Positions 22,212 through 35,764 of a stretch of DNA of 64,000 bases are shown piece by piece. Within the stretch, counting starts at the first letter, position 1; the number at the start of each line of letters is the position of its first letter. Under the pieces are notes generated by a model. That model was not told the DNA's origin and did not search any database. It was given only the letters and a program-made list of their open reading frames with translations. Origin of the DNA: Lingula anatina (lineage: Eukaryota > Animalia > Brachiopoda); contig CM120648.1 of NCBI GenBank assembly GCA_051362555.1, positions 17,356,587 through 17,420,586 on the forward strand. Direction: 5' to 3'. The position numbers and the translations under genes were made by a program.

Positions 22212-22534
22212 GACCACCCAGAGTCAGGTGGCGGATTAGAAAGTCGTTCAAACTGTAACTGTTAAGGAAAGAAGGATTTGCAGTGTTGTTATGATAGCTG
22301 TACTCTCAGTATGACAGGACATTGAGAGGAAGAGGGACAATGTGACAGGTGACAGTCCCCAGAGAAGAGGACAAGGGACGCCATGTTAGTCTTTGTTGAT
22401 ATACAGTTTACACGACACGGATTTCATTCTTTGTCACATCATCTCTCATTGGGGGACAAGTGTAACTATGTTTGTCAATAATGATGTAGGAGTTTGTCCC
22501 TACTGGAATAACGATCTCAAGTGCGTTCCTTGTG
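22212..22534 (-). repeat. Right arm of the 323-bp inverted duplication (partner 17774-18096)
   Basis: See the left arm; weaker similarity extends to ~22705. Confidence 0.92.
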
Positions 22535-23318
22535 ACAATATCCCGAAGTGCGTTGTAGGGCCACCAAGGGTTCTTTAGTTTCTGAAGAAGGCTAACGGGG
22601 GCGAACTATCTGAGATTGTTGAAAGAAACACAGTATGGGTTTGAATACGTGCAGATTTAATCTCGGGATTATATTTTGATCTGGATAATTAATGTGAAAA
22701 GATACAACTATTGTGGAGTTCGGTGCAATACATTGCTGGTAATTCTTATTTGTTCAAATATTTTCTGTATAAGTGCATTTCTCAATGTTTATAACGTAAC
22801 AATATTTGTTAACAATAAAATTTAAAACTACATAACAAAAACTATAGTAGAAATAGCAGAAATATAGTAAATGGTGCACGTCGACGTTAACACTTCTGTT
22901 ATAAAAACACCTTGTCCAGTAAAGATTTTTCCAAATAAATGGATATAGACATTAAACCTCAAGTTTATTTTATAATAAAATGAAATAATGATATGTAAAA
23001 TTTTCAAGACAAAAAAAAAATATCGCTGCACAAAGCTTTTCATTACTGTGTGCAAATTACCAGTGGCGCACGTCGAAAGAGAAAATTAATTTACAAAGAT
23101 TAGCCCACTGGGGGAAGAAATACCCATAATAACCTGACTTACACATATTTTTCCGAGATTATACATTTAGAAATGCATTTTAAATTTCAATCAAGCAAAC
23201 ACGACTATAGGTATAAACCAAGTAGTTAACCTGGGCACAAATACAAAAACTTACAAAAATATTTTATCAAATGAATGTAATTCCTTTCACAAACGGCCCA
23301 AACTTTCATTATTACAAA

Positions 23319-23350
<32 letters not shown>

Positions 23351-24214
23351 CTTGCAAGACATTCTTGTGAGGAAATCATTATTATTGGTGTAGGGTTAAT
23401 CTTTTTGTGTTCCATTAAAGCCAAAAACATCCCGTCTATTAATTCTCAATAGCAGGGTGGACCCGGGGGGCAGAGATTCCATTAACTGGGACATTAGACG
23501 TGCCATTGTGAAACACCCGCCGTCAGGACGCTTCCTTTTACTTATTTAATCAACCCGGATAACCCTGCGCCCTCTCTGTACGCCGTCACTCCCTTCCTCT
23601 CACTCCATCTACTCCACACAGTGGCACGAGCCGAAATCATTTACAAATAAAAAAGAATAATGTTTTTGTTCTCGTTTTTCAACCAGTTAATTGTTTTTCT
23701 TCAGCTTCCTCCCTCTGGCATGTGTTGTGTTAAAAGAAAGGATAATCGCAAAATAATATTGGTATTATGAAGATTTGCCTTCTCTTTTCATTCAATTATT
23801 CTAGAACTTGTTTTCCCTTTTCAGTTTTCACTTTCAAACTTTCCGACAGGGACTAGAAACTATGGAACGAAAATGTGTTATTTTAAACCAGTAAACAATT
23901 CAGAAATATACTGAGTTTTTTTATGACGGTAAATTGGTAAATTTTGCATTACGCTTGTTTTTATCTGCTATCTATAATACTTTGTTTGGTCTATGATAAA
24001 CCGTTTGTCCAACATTTGTCAGATTGTCTGCAATGTGTAATAGCTGATCTGATGTTTCAGATTTTCAAAAAAAACAAAAAAAAGTCTTCCTTATGATAGG
24101 AAAGACCACGAATTGCACTGAATGCCATCGAAGCAGACAAAAGATGGCGACGCACGCGGCACGTCAATGAGACCACGTGGCACCCACGCGCCTTGCTTAC
24201 CGCCAACCTGAGAG

Positions 24215-24329
24215 CAGTGGCGGATTTGGGGGGGGGGGGGGGGGGGGACGAGGATCAACTTTGCATTCGAGGCCTGTCATTCCAAATAACGGGACCCCTC
24301 CCCCCTTCAAATAATCTTGGATCCAGCTG
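24215..24329 (-). mobile_element. Short hAT-like MITE (same family as 62826-63014)
   Basis: CAGTGGCGGATTT...AATAATCTTGGATCCAGCTG; ends match the 62.8-kb copy in reverse; GAGAG/GAGCG flanks. Confidence 0.55.
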
Positions 24330-26155
24330 GAGCGAATGTACATATAGAAACTTCCACACAATAGATCATGCCACGAGATTTTACAGATATTTATTGAATA
24401 ATTTTCCTGTGTCCTTTAGCTATTCTTTAACCAGTTTAACTACCAATTTTATGGACAAAATTCTTTAACTTTCCTTACTCTTCTTTGTTGGTATGTTCAA
24501 GCTTCTATTTACATACAAAGTTTTAGCTCTAGCAAATCAATAAAAAGTTAACGTGGTTTGTCATAAAAATTGAACTTTATTAAAGATAGCTAAAATAATT
24601 ATGAGAGTAACTTCATTTTATTTGCTTCCATTTTAGGCATGAAGTTTAGTTCATGCACAATTTTCAGTTTCATAATTATATGAGTTGGCGATATTTTATA
24701 AAATCCATATTCATATCAATTATTTTTCTCTTTAAAATGAGGATCCAACATATGTAAATAATAGAGGCTGTTACTTAAGCTCCTAGTTAAACATTGCAAA
24801 GCGTTTCAACTATTTCCGTTCGAGGATGCCTTAACGCTCCCTTTGCACTTGTTAACTCGTCAAATAAAAGTATCAACTGGGATTTGACAAATATTTGTGC
24901 AGACTTTTAGCGCCCTCCCCGTTAACCGACGAGATGGCGTCACAGGATGTGTCAAGCAAAGATGACATATTTGCAATATTTTTAGTCAAATAACACTAAC
25001 TTCTTATTCTTCCGGATAGGGAGAAAACTTGTTTGAATCTTGATCCAATGTGTGACAAAATTTTCATAGAGTATGATTAGTGTAAAAACTCCAGTGCAAA
25101 ATTGTAGGCGGATAATTGCAGTTTGCACGTAAAAAAAATAGAAGTAAAACAACGCTAAATAGTATATTAGATCTGGCTTTCACAGTTGTAAATCTGTCTG
25201 TCTAAATTATGAAAATCATTTCAGCGCGTGAATAAAACCCACACAAAACTATGTCAACACAGGAATGTCACATCGTTAATTCCGGCACTCTAACATAATT
25301 ATTTAGAAGAATCCATGTTTGTTTTCCTCAATACACTACCCTTACGTGGTCAAAGCACGCTTGGTGTAACGACAATGCCACGATGACAAATATCTAAACT
25401 CTCTGTCCCAGGTGAAGAATTAAGGTAAAATAATGTTGGTCCTGCCAACCTTGTGTTATTTTGATAGGAAGTCAATTTGCACGGGCGCGTCAAAAGAACT
25501 CAGCCGTTTTCCTGGCTCGCTGTTATTAGAAAGGCGTCTAATTGACAGATAATACGGCTATTATAACTAATACCAAATGAAAGCAAAAACACATTGAACT
25601 TTTATCCTCAATCAATCACTTCCGCAGTGTGGGGCGAGACTGGCTCGTGGGGGGCGTCTCTCTATTGAGGTGGCACTCGACGCCTCAAGTGTTGGCGCAA
25701 TTATGATAATATTATCTCATAATTTTATTTCTTACGTACAACAGATGCTTTACAAAGATTTTGACATTTACTGCTGACCAGCAATGAATATCAACAATTT
25801 GTGTGACTTCGTAATTCTATTTGTCTACGGATTTTGTGTCTTGGCAGGAGTAACGTTAATTGATTGTGACGGTTAAGATACCTTGCTTGGAATATTCTTG
25901 ACTTGGTTGTATCCTTCGAGCAAGGTTTTATTTTATTTTGTTTTCTATTTTTTGAGATAAATATTATTGCAGATTTTTTATTTAAAAGTTGAAGATTGTT
26001 CACCCTTTTGTCAGTGAGCACTGGTTGCTATTGACTCGTATAGAATTGCCAGTATTTTTTGGCACTGAACATGAAAAGATTTTTTCGAATACGTCGATAA
26101 ATTACAAAACAAGTTTGTGTTTGCGCTCGCACGCGCGTCTGACTACATGCGCCGA

Positions 26156-26179
26156 TCTATCTATCTATCTATCTATCTA

Positions 26180-26233
<54 letters not shown>
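26156..26233. repeat. (TCTA)n(TA)n microsatellite
   Basis: Read directly from the sequence. Confidence 0.9.
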
Positions 26234-26236
<3 letters not shown>

Positions 26237-27126
26237 AAGAACTTACCTCCCTACCAAGCTTGAATATATTTCATACACATATACTTATCCTACCGATTTT
26301 TTTTAATGAAAAATCTAGATGTACTGACGTGCGTTATGCACACAAGAGAGTGCTCAAATTAAATTAGAAATTAGAAACTTTAATTATTACACGTTAAACG
26401 TACCCCAACTTACACCCAGCTTCCTAAGGTTTTGCAAATCCTTTTGCGATGCTCTAATTTTGGCAGTGGCATAATACTTGCCGCTTTCTCTTTTCTCAAA
26501 ATTTGTCAAGGGCATCCATGAACAACGTCTAACTCCAGTAAATACTGAACAACGAGAACATGACGCACGCTGTATATCTAAGCGAATATAATTACGTGCC
26601 CTTCTGGACCTAATGTTAATCCATTTTTACCATCATTTTCACAAGTCTACAAAACCCCCTTTGCAAAACCCCCTCTCCCCTTTAAGAAAAATGATAAAAA
26701 AATTATGACCTATGACAAGGATTTTTTTCAAAGGGTATAACGCCCCCCCCCCCCCCCCCCCTTAGTGTACTGTTTGTAAACTTGTGAAAATGACTATAAA
26801 TATGGATGGCCCCTTAGTTTCCATTAAATGTGTAAAGAATATACTGCCATGCTGCGCGGCAAGTAATTGCACACATGAGGCTTGATTGTGGTGTATGTGT
26901 GACAGAAGCACAGAGGGATACAGGGGGGTTGCTAGGGAGGGGGTGGATAAAAGGAAATCTATCTATGAGTATTAAGCAGTAAATAGGCGGTTTGTTTAAG
27001 TATAACATACAGCATAAATGTGCCGTTATGTAAGGCACGGGAATGGAAACCTGCTTGGTTGAGTTTATTTTCAGTGATACCGGAAGGAGAAGAAAGGGTT
27101 ACCTAGACTGAGGTGGGTGGGTGGGG

Positions 27127-27174
<48 letters not shown>

Positions 27175-27944
27175 GGGGGGGGGGCAGGTGCTCGTAGCGT
27201 CCCACCTGGGTCCGCTATGGCAAGAGTTGATAATGTCGGTGCGTTATGATTGACGGCACAGAGTCGTGGTTGATGGTGGTCCAAATAATTTAACATTTAA
27301 TACACGTTTGATCTGTACGCCTGTATAAATCAAGGCATGTATACTAGATTCCAATTGGGAAAAGCTCAAGGAGAAAAGACATCTAAAACAGTAATCCCGT
27401 TGTCCACGTTGTCTTAAATGAAAGTCCAATTGCACTGTATCCTTCGCCCTATATCCCAATGTAAAAGCACATGTACTTAACACCCTTCTATAACCACAAA
27501 TATGTTTTTATGCCGGAGGACCTCAGGATTTTTTTTCTCACAGAATTTACAGAACCCATTTCATTCAAAAGTCAACACATTCACGGGGTCAAAAGAGTTC
27601 AAATGCCGAGGTCACGTGACTGCTGCAGACGACAGGTTTCAAGGAACAGTTAAATGTTTTATCTCGAAGTAAGCACAAAACGTGGGCCTCGGGTCTCACG
27701 ACTCACCTGGTGGCTATCTCGTTAACGTGTGAACGTTGTTTTTTCTCACAATTATTAGTCGTGAGGCCCAGGGCTCTGTTTTGACAGCTATGGCCATATT
27801 GGTTCTGGTCAGAAGGGTAATGGTACTGGTTCAGTGTAGGTGCTTTTTGTAAGAATTTGAGTTCAGAATAATTAAATATAAAAAAAAAGTTTTCGGGCTG
27901 TTGACCTACAATGTTTACTGTCAAAATGAATTACAGTCGCTCAA

Positions 27945-27979
<35 letters not shown>

Positions 27980-29337
27980 AACAAAATAAAATAAAATTAA
28001 TAAAAAATAAATAAAAAGGGGAGAGAACTTAAAAATCGGTTTATAGCCCGTGATTTTGTCAACGGTTTCAATTATTGTATTCTTTTGTGATAAAGGTAAA
28101 TTACTGGAATTTCAAGGAAAATTAACTTTTTATTGCCCATTGTGTGACTTTAAGACGGTGTCAAATGATCACCCGTCCTAGCGTTTCTCATAGTTAGTCG
28201 TGTGGCCTCCAGCAGTCTTCTGACAGAGATGGTCTCTCATACAACGGTCATCGTGTCCAAGTTTATTGTCCATGAGACTGACAAGAGAAGGTACGTGAAT
28301 AGAAACCAATTTCAAATGAATGGTTAAAGAAATTAGAAATGACAGGGTCCAAAGTCATAGTCAATTAGGTTATCTGTGAAAAAAAATGTTGGTAATTGAA
28401 ATGGTTTTACATTGTCCCCTTCAGGCATAACATAAATGGCACAAGACATGAGGAAAAGAAAAAAAATCAAAATATCTTATTTAAAGACTTGTCTTGTTAG
28501 AATCAGGTCCTTCTTAGATGACCACAAACTGCGTCTTCGGGGGGGGGGGGGGGGGGGTCTTCAGCGTTTAAAGCAGTCACCCCCTCCCCCCACCCCCGCG
28601 TGATTTTGAGTTTGTAGTCATATTGTTCCGTGTGGACTCGAATAAAGGCAAGTTTAAGTTAAAATTTTCAAAAATACTTCTCTTGGTGGACATTTGACAA
28701 TTTTTACCAAATTTCTCATCTTGATCACCTTTGGCTTTTACTTATTTACGTTTGTTTTAGTTTGTGTAGTTGCGCATGTGTATGTTAGAGCGCGTGAAAA
28801 GTAACGTGCACGTGCATGCGCACATGGTAACTGTGCTGTGATAGCGTGAAGACAAGCTTAGCAATATAACTGGACAGGGTTTGTATTTTTAAGCTTCATA
28901 CTGCTCTGTGTTGGAAATGTGCGCATGCTTGCTAGTGCGTGCAAACACGTCAGTAAGTCAGTATTAAAGTAATCACGGTTTCTTTTCAAAGCACATACTA
29001 ATAATCATTCACTGGTAAAGCAACATTCGCTTACGTGGTGCATGCGCGCGTTTGCACATCTATACACATGGGTTGTCAAGAAAGCCTAAGTTATACATAT
29101 GTGTACGCGCGTGTGTGCGTGCGCGTGCAGATGCGATAACGCCTCTTAAAGTGCGATATACCTTTGGCCTTAAAAGTCTCCTAAAAGGCAATGCCCTGCT
29201 TTAAGATTTTTAGCAAAAATCGCTCTGCTTCAAGCCTCAGGCTTCTTAACGGGTGTCAGCAGTCCCCCGTCTTGGCAAATGTCCTGTTCCTAGCCGCGGG
29301 TGTTTGAAGGCGGCTGCCTGAAGACCACGAGGAGGCA

Positions 29338-29369
29338 CGTGAGAATGAAGAAGACACCGTTTTCCCACG
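29338..29369 (+). promoter_or_regulatory. Su(H)/CSL paired site (SPS) in the promoter of the + strand HES gene
   Basis: CGTGAGAA-(16 nt)-TTCCCACG head-to-head, the canonical SPS geometry, ~200 bp upstream of the ATG; overlaps a GGCACGTG E-box. Confidence 0.85.
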
Positions 29370-29562
29370 TAGTCTAGCAGCGTACAGGTATGCGAGACCG
29401 ATTAATACCGTGACTTCATAATTACGAGCTGTAAAAAACGTTTTCGGCACATTTTGATGGATAGTAGAGGTATGTGGAAGCGTTCGCTGAGTCTCTCTAC
29501 TGTTCTATACCTTAGTCAGATTTTGACGTCGTTATAGAGTTACAAGGTTATCATACGGTGGA

Positions 29563-29577
29563 ATGGACTCCAGAAAG
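29563..29577 (+). CDS. hes: HES(+) exon 1 coding part (MDSRK)
   Basis: ATG GAC TCC AGA AAG|GTAAGT; supplies the RK that starts the basic region; in-frame TGA upstream at 29524; SPS nearby. Confidence 0.75.
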
Positions 29578-30970
29578 GTAAGTTGTCGCTCTTATTGATC
29601 AAAAATCGATAACTGTTACCGTGTTTTTGTGATTCCATAAACGAGGTTACAGCTGAATATTCTTACCTGGAGAAAAGTCTAGCCAATGCAGCGTTTAAAA
29701 CAAAATATTTGGTCTAAATTTTTAAATAGCATAGGCTTGATTGCAATCCACATTGTGTTGTCAGAGTTAACATAGAACAGATTGAAAGTGATTGGCTCCT
29801 CATGGAGTTAAGGGTTAATCTATTTTTATAAATACAATCTCAAAACTTACAAATGTTATTTATCGATGATTGAGTATACCGCACTCGTCAGTCATCCACG
29901 AAATTTACAAAACGAAACCGAAACCGCTGAGTGATACTATCGTGGCCGGGCAGTGTGAGGGAGGCGGGACACGTGTATATGCATACCTGAGTATAAATAC
30001 ATTATGCCTTTACTCTGGACTGGAGTGAGTGGCATGCTACCACGTGTTTTGGTCCGAAGTTCTTTGTAACGTTTTCTGATGTCTATTCATCTTAACCGCA
30101 GTTTAACTACAGTCTCTATTTGATACCTTGTACTTTCAATAAAGAACATCCACACAGGTGGATGTAGAGAGGAATCCTTTTCAAAGAACGCAAAGAATTT
30201 TCTTGTTGAACTTAAACAATTTATTTTATGAAAGGGATACTAGAAAAACGAAACCAGGTAGCCTGTATGCTTAGAAGCCTACTTCATAGAAAGTTAGTAC
30301 AAAGTAGGTAATTACAGCGTGGTCGCCCTTTGTTCGTCTGGATCACGACTCTGACTGAAGACATCTTGATGGTCTGTTAATAAAACATGGAGATATTTAA
30401 CCTCTAAATAGCGTTCTCATTAAGACTTGATGGGTTTGAAATATCACCCCACGCACCTGCGTCCTCCATCCGTCATCCTACGCGTGGTTAATAACTCATT
30501 TTTTTCATACTTAACGGAGGCCATATGAGGGGGGTAACGATATCTTTATATATGGGGGTTGTCGACTGCAGACAGTAAATACAATCTCTCAGTCTTATAT
30601 GGACGTATAAGAGATGCCATCCACACTTTTCCTTTTGGAACATTTCTGATAGTTTTGTGTCAAATGCAGAAACACTTGGACTTGTCCGAGTACCCCTCCC
30701 CCCCCCTCCCCCCAGTTTCCCCCCTCTCACCCCGACCCCACACACCCCATCTCTCTGTGGTCTTTATGGCATTATGGCAACCTCAGTGTCAATGATACAG
30801 TGTATTATCCGCCTCAGACAGCGACACTTAAAAAAGGAGGGGGAATCTGATAGTTTAAGTGGCTTCACAAGAGGGTTAAAGAGGCAGTTTAAGGCTCGTA
30901 CAAGTGCCGGTCGTTACGGGGCATGGAGACATTCAAGACGAGAAGACGTGACGTGCTGGACCGAGATGAC

Positions 30971-31007
<37 letters not shown>

Positions 31008-34000
31008 GCGCGCGCGCACGCACATTTCACATATGTAACCATCAGTTTTCTCCCATCTTTCTCTCTTATCCCCTATGCTTATATCAATCCATCCCTCTGT
31101 GTGCATGTACGTGCGTTTATACGTGCTTGTGACGGTGGCATTCAAATTTTGCGCTCTTTGAAGTCACAATGATTATGTTGTACAGACCAAGGTTTTTTTA
31201 TAGTGTGGACAAATAACTATTTTATTTTATTTCAATCACTTTTTATCGTTCTTTAAAAAAATATTGCGCATGAGAGTGTGTTCAAAGTTTTACTTTAGTT
31301 TATTATGAATGGAAGTATCGTGCATTGACTGCAATGGTTTTAATGCGTATAATAATAATTACTAATATACATAGATATTTCAAAGTGCAATTATATATGT
31401 TACAATATTCACAAACTGAATTACTCAGAAGCTAATTGTGAGATGAATAATACATTGAATAACCAGAATGTCTGTTTTTAAAAAAAGTTCATTTTTGCTA
31501 AAAGATTGGAGAGCATCTCTCTCTATAATCTCTTGTAATATGAAGGAATTCATATAAATGTTAAATTAATTGTATTTTCAGAGTAATAAACCTCTGATGG
31601 AGAAGAGACGCCGAGCGCGGATTAACGAGTGTCTGAACCAGCTGAAGTACTTGGTCCTGCAAGCCATGAACAGAGACGTAAGTGAGACTAACACCCCGGG
31701 GGTCCAGGGGTCTGGTGGTGGGGGGGGGGGAGGCACGGGGATTGAAGATCTAAATGGAGTGTTACAAGAATTAAAACAAATGCACTGGCTTTGCACGGCA
31801 AACACATCAGATGAAGTAGACGACGACCGTTCTATTGTTACGCCCCGGGCACAGGGTTATAAACTTTAATTGTGTGGGTTTGTTTCGATACACTTGCTAT
31901 GCTTCTTTATAAGGTGTTTATAACTTTTTTGAAAATTTTATTAAAATACTCAAAAGTAGCAACATTTAGTCCTAGACACTACACTGTGTGTTGGTTGTTT
32001 TTTATCCGATTGATTGATACATTGACTTGTTATCCATTCGCTTTTTTTACCTTTAATTTTATTTCTTCATACTTTCAGTCCTTTATTCGTTTAATTTTTC
32101 TTTGGTTTTCTACTTTGCAACATTAATAGCTAAAATCACCTGAAACCGTGTAAGCTGTCAAAAGAGTAACAGATTGACGTCGATACTGCCGGAAGGCTCG
32201 TGGCGTTTCTTGCCGTGCCTTGAGAGTTAGCGCAGATAATTTTTGGCAACAAAAGACTTTCTTGTATCCTCGAAGGCGTTAATGTTTGAAAGTCAGGAAA
32301 AGATGGCACAGGGTGGCTAAGACAGTAACCGCGTTCTCCCACGAGATACCACTTATATGAGTTAGAAGGGGATCATTGTGTCAAGTTGTTCCGCCTTGCA
32401 TCAAGTCACCTGGGGGCATTTGTTTACTTGTTTACTAATTGCAATGATTATTGGCTTGTTTATGACTCCGTCGGTTGCGCTGTCTATGTTTACGTCTGTG
32501 TATCTGTTTGTCTAAGATTTTCTTATTACATTTCTACCTCAATCCTTCTACATGTATTTGTCTGTGCCCCCCCCCCCCCACCAACACACACACGCCCCTA
32601 ATTATAACCAGAGAGAGAAAATTAAAACCAATTTTGCTTTCTTTTGTTTCGAATAGTATTCAGAAAATCTGGGATCAAAGGCAACAAATTGCAGGAAGAT
32701 GTTTCATATCAAGTCACCGTCAAGTAAAATCTTATTATTCAGTTTTGCTCAAGCCTTGTCACTTCTGCTCGGCGCTACCCCTATCATACCAAGCTTCTTA
32801 AATCCTGCCGGGCGTCCGCTGTCTCTGATACTATTAAGCCGCGTGTCACAACAAATCTTAAAACAGTATGAGACGCAGAGTAGAAGACGATAGGGTTAAA
32901 GCAGATAGGTGCATTGAAAGTCAGCCTGGTTTGTGTCGGAGCTCCATCGTCGATGTAACATCGGTTGACATTACATGGCTAAGTTACAGCCTCTTAGAGT
33001 TAATCATAGTATAGATGGACGTGTCTTTATGTCCCTGTCCCCTGCGCGTCTCCTGGGCACTTAAACAAAACCCGACCAACGTCGTCTGTCTGTGAGTGAT
33101 TCTTTTCTTCCTAAAGACTGGCATGCCACTGGGATTAAGACCCTTTATATTGTGGTCGTGTGCATACTTGATACTAAACCAGACTGGCTTAATTTTGGCT
33201 TAAATTTTACCTTAGACACCTACCCGTATTTGTATGTGGTTTAATTGAAAGAAAAAGAAGACCTTTCGCACAAAATAAGAGAGAGAATCATTTGCTGTAC
33301 AACGTTTTACCTGAAAGGGGGGGGGGGGGCGGAGGGGGAGGTGTTTACGATATTCTGTGGTGCCTCCAAAACGTTCTTTTTACTTGGCCATTTTGGTCTA
33401 CTACAACTTCTATCAACCTCGTTAATATTGTTGACAAAATCGGTCCTTAATCGTAACTATTTAATATCTAAATATTTTCAGCTTTTCGTCCTAGCTATAT
33501 AATTTACATTACCTGCGCGAACATCAGTGGTACATTGTGATTTTACACTAGACATACACATCAGACATTTATAATTATTAATGTTAATTTCGTATGACCA
33601 CCTTCGGCAGTTTCAGTTTTGCATACTGCTGCGCTGTCCCCTGCTGTGAATTGTGAGCCTTTTTCTTATTATTTTAATTTTATTGTACAAAAAAGGGGGT
33701 GAGTTTAATATTTGGTTTCGATGGTGTTGAGCTAGTAAGATAAACTGATTGTAACGCTATTGGTCAGAGATGTTCATTTGTCTGTCTGCACTGATTTTGG
33801 TAGATAAAATGTGGCGAGGCTGACATTGATAAAATGGGGAAATTTTCGAAAACACGATCTAGTCCTGTATTTTTTAATACATCAAATAAAGTCAATACTT
33901 ATACTGCATGCAAATCATTTATTTTCCTTTGCTTGTTTATTTCCAGGGCTCTGCGTATTCCAAGCTAGAGAAAGCAGACATCTTGGAGATGACAGTGAAG

Positions 34001-35657
34001 TTCTTGCGGGGATTACAGAGACAGAGTCTGATAAGTTAGTAGAGAGACTGGTTCTCATTTTGAAATTTTAAAAATCCGCTTTTTGTCCAACAGATTAAAT
34101 AATTCATATACGCTTGAAATCTACAAAACATCAAGCTGGGAAAATATTTTGAAGAATTAGTTGTGACATAGGCCTACCAAAATTTTCACCCCCTCTGTGT
34201 TTATTCACCACCAGTGCAAAGCTTTGTGAAACTAAAAATCTCAAGCCTGGTAAATCAGTACGGTTTCTGTCCAGACTTCTCCTTATAAGTTGGGATTATT
34301 TTTTGTCAAATAATGACCCTTACTGAAATTTCCTACAGTGTCCTATTAGGCCCTACCTGTGCTATGAGGAATTTAATTTTGATAAAAACGACATTGGCAA
34401 GCACTGAAGACCTAGGTGTAAGCAATGAAAAAGGATGAGAGCCGGGGTCTCATCCCTAAAAAAAGTGTCATTTGTATATTGTTCTACCAGAAATGAACTC
34501 CATGAAATGTCCAATCATTCTTGATCTTTATTTTAGTGTCTGCCGCCTTCGAGCCCAATGTCGTGGAAAAATTCAAGACAGGTTTCAGCGAGTGTACCAC
34601 CGAGGTTCAGCGGTACATGACATCCGTAGAGAGCGTCGACCCCGACCTTCAGCTAAGACTTGTCAACTACTTAGCAAACTGCGTTAACGGAATGTCCGTT
34701 GCCACGACAACCATGCGACAACACACATTTTCCCTGTTTCCGGTCGCGCATGCTCATCGCATTTCAGCGCCGTTTCCGTATCCGGTTGCTCCTCATCCGC
34801 CTGGAGGGTTCCACATCCCCGGGGCGGTCCCCATGTTCAGAACCCCTCCCTCACATACTATTACACGGACTGATATGGAGTCGACCCACAACGAACATCC
34901 CCAGGAAAATCAGGCTCCAAGCAGTTTGTTCAAAGAGTCTGTTGCACCATCGGGCGATCAGTTTCATTTATCAAAAAATAAATTGGGCGATGGAGATGAC
35001 AGTGTTCAAAGTGTGTTTAGTAGTTGCTTGCCCTCATCATCAAAATCGCAATCTAATGATCATCTAACTAATACTGCTTCAGAACAACATTTAAACAATG
35101 ATTACTCCTCTGTGTTACAAACAGAAAAACGAAATTTGAAATGCAGGCATGAGAGAATTTATAACAGTGTCAATGAGTCCAAAGGTCTGCAAGTTACGTC
35201 ATCCGAGACTCAAATGTCGTCTGCTTCCGGAATAGCGGTGCATGGTGGGACACCAACATGTGATCAAAGCCAAAAAATGCCGGTATTTATGACTTCCGAT
35301 GAAGCAGCTACTAAATTTGGTGCAAATTTCGATAAGTCAGAAAGGCATCATACGGCAAGTGGATCAGCGATTAAATTGTCTGAAGTATCAATAAAAGTAG
35401 AACGCTTTGAGGAGGACGAATATGAAGAAGCTGTCCAGACTGCGCAAGCTCACATCGACATTGAAAGTATACTTCATCAGTTGGATGATCACGTAACACC
35501 TGAAAATGGCCACGTGTCTGTAAATGATGGTGAGGTTAATGATGGTGAAATGACAGTCCATAACGGTACAGATTCCAACAAGACCGCTGAAAGCCCTGCC
35601 AACCACGGTGATGATACAGATGGTAATGGCGGTGATAATGTGTGGCGTCCTTGGTAA
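29563..35657 (+). CDS. hes: Hairy/Enhancer-of-split family bHLH-Orange repressor with C-terminal WRPW (~439 aa, 4 exons)
   Basis: Exons 29563-29577 (MDSRK), 31582-31677 (SNKPLMEKRRRARINECLNQLKYLVLQAMNRD), 33947-34034 (GSAYSKLEKADILEMTVKFLRGLQRQSLI), 34537-35657 (Orange KFKTGFSECTTEVQRYM...NVWRPW*). The 96- and 88-nt middle exons are typical of HES genes. The exact orthologue cannot be assigned. Confidence 0.93.
31582..31677 (+). CDS. hes: HES(+) exon 2, basic region and helix 1
   Basis: tttcAG/GTaagt; KPLMEKRRRARIN. Confidence 0.95.
33947..34034 (+). CDS. hes: HES(+) exon 3, loop and helix 2
   Basis: ttccAG/GTtagt; SKLEKADILEMTV. Confidence 0.94.
34537..35657 (+). CDS. hes: HES(+) exon 4, Orange domain to WRPW
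   Basis: ttttAG acceptor; long ORF ending VWRPW-TAA. Confidence 0.95.
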
Positions 35658-35703
35658 TCAGCATTGATTTCCTCAGTTCAACCACGTCTTATAAACAGTC
35701 CAG

Positions 35704-35728
35704 TGCTTATAATAATGATAATAATTAC

Positions 35729-35764
<36 letters not shown>

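Noticed and set aside
17712-22578. Duplicated 61-67-aa ORFs (MLIYSLHDTD...) as a gene pair, or the arms as transposon TIRs
   Set aside because: TTG starts and no family similarity; the ORFs are shared simply because the DNA is duplicated. The outer ends are diverged and no TSD is seen, unlike TIRs.
30240-30262. Alternative first exon for HES(+) ending at CAG|GTAGCC
   Set aside because: It does not end in the conserved RK, has a weaker donor and lacks adjacent promoter motifs.
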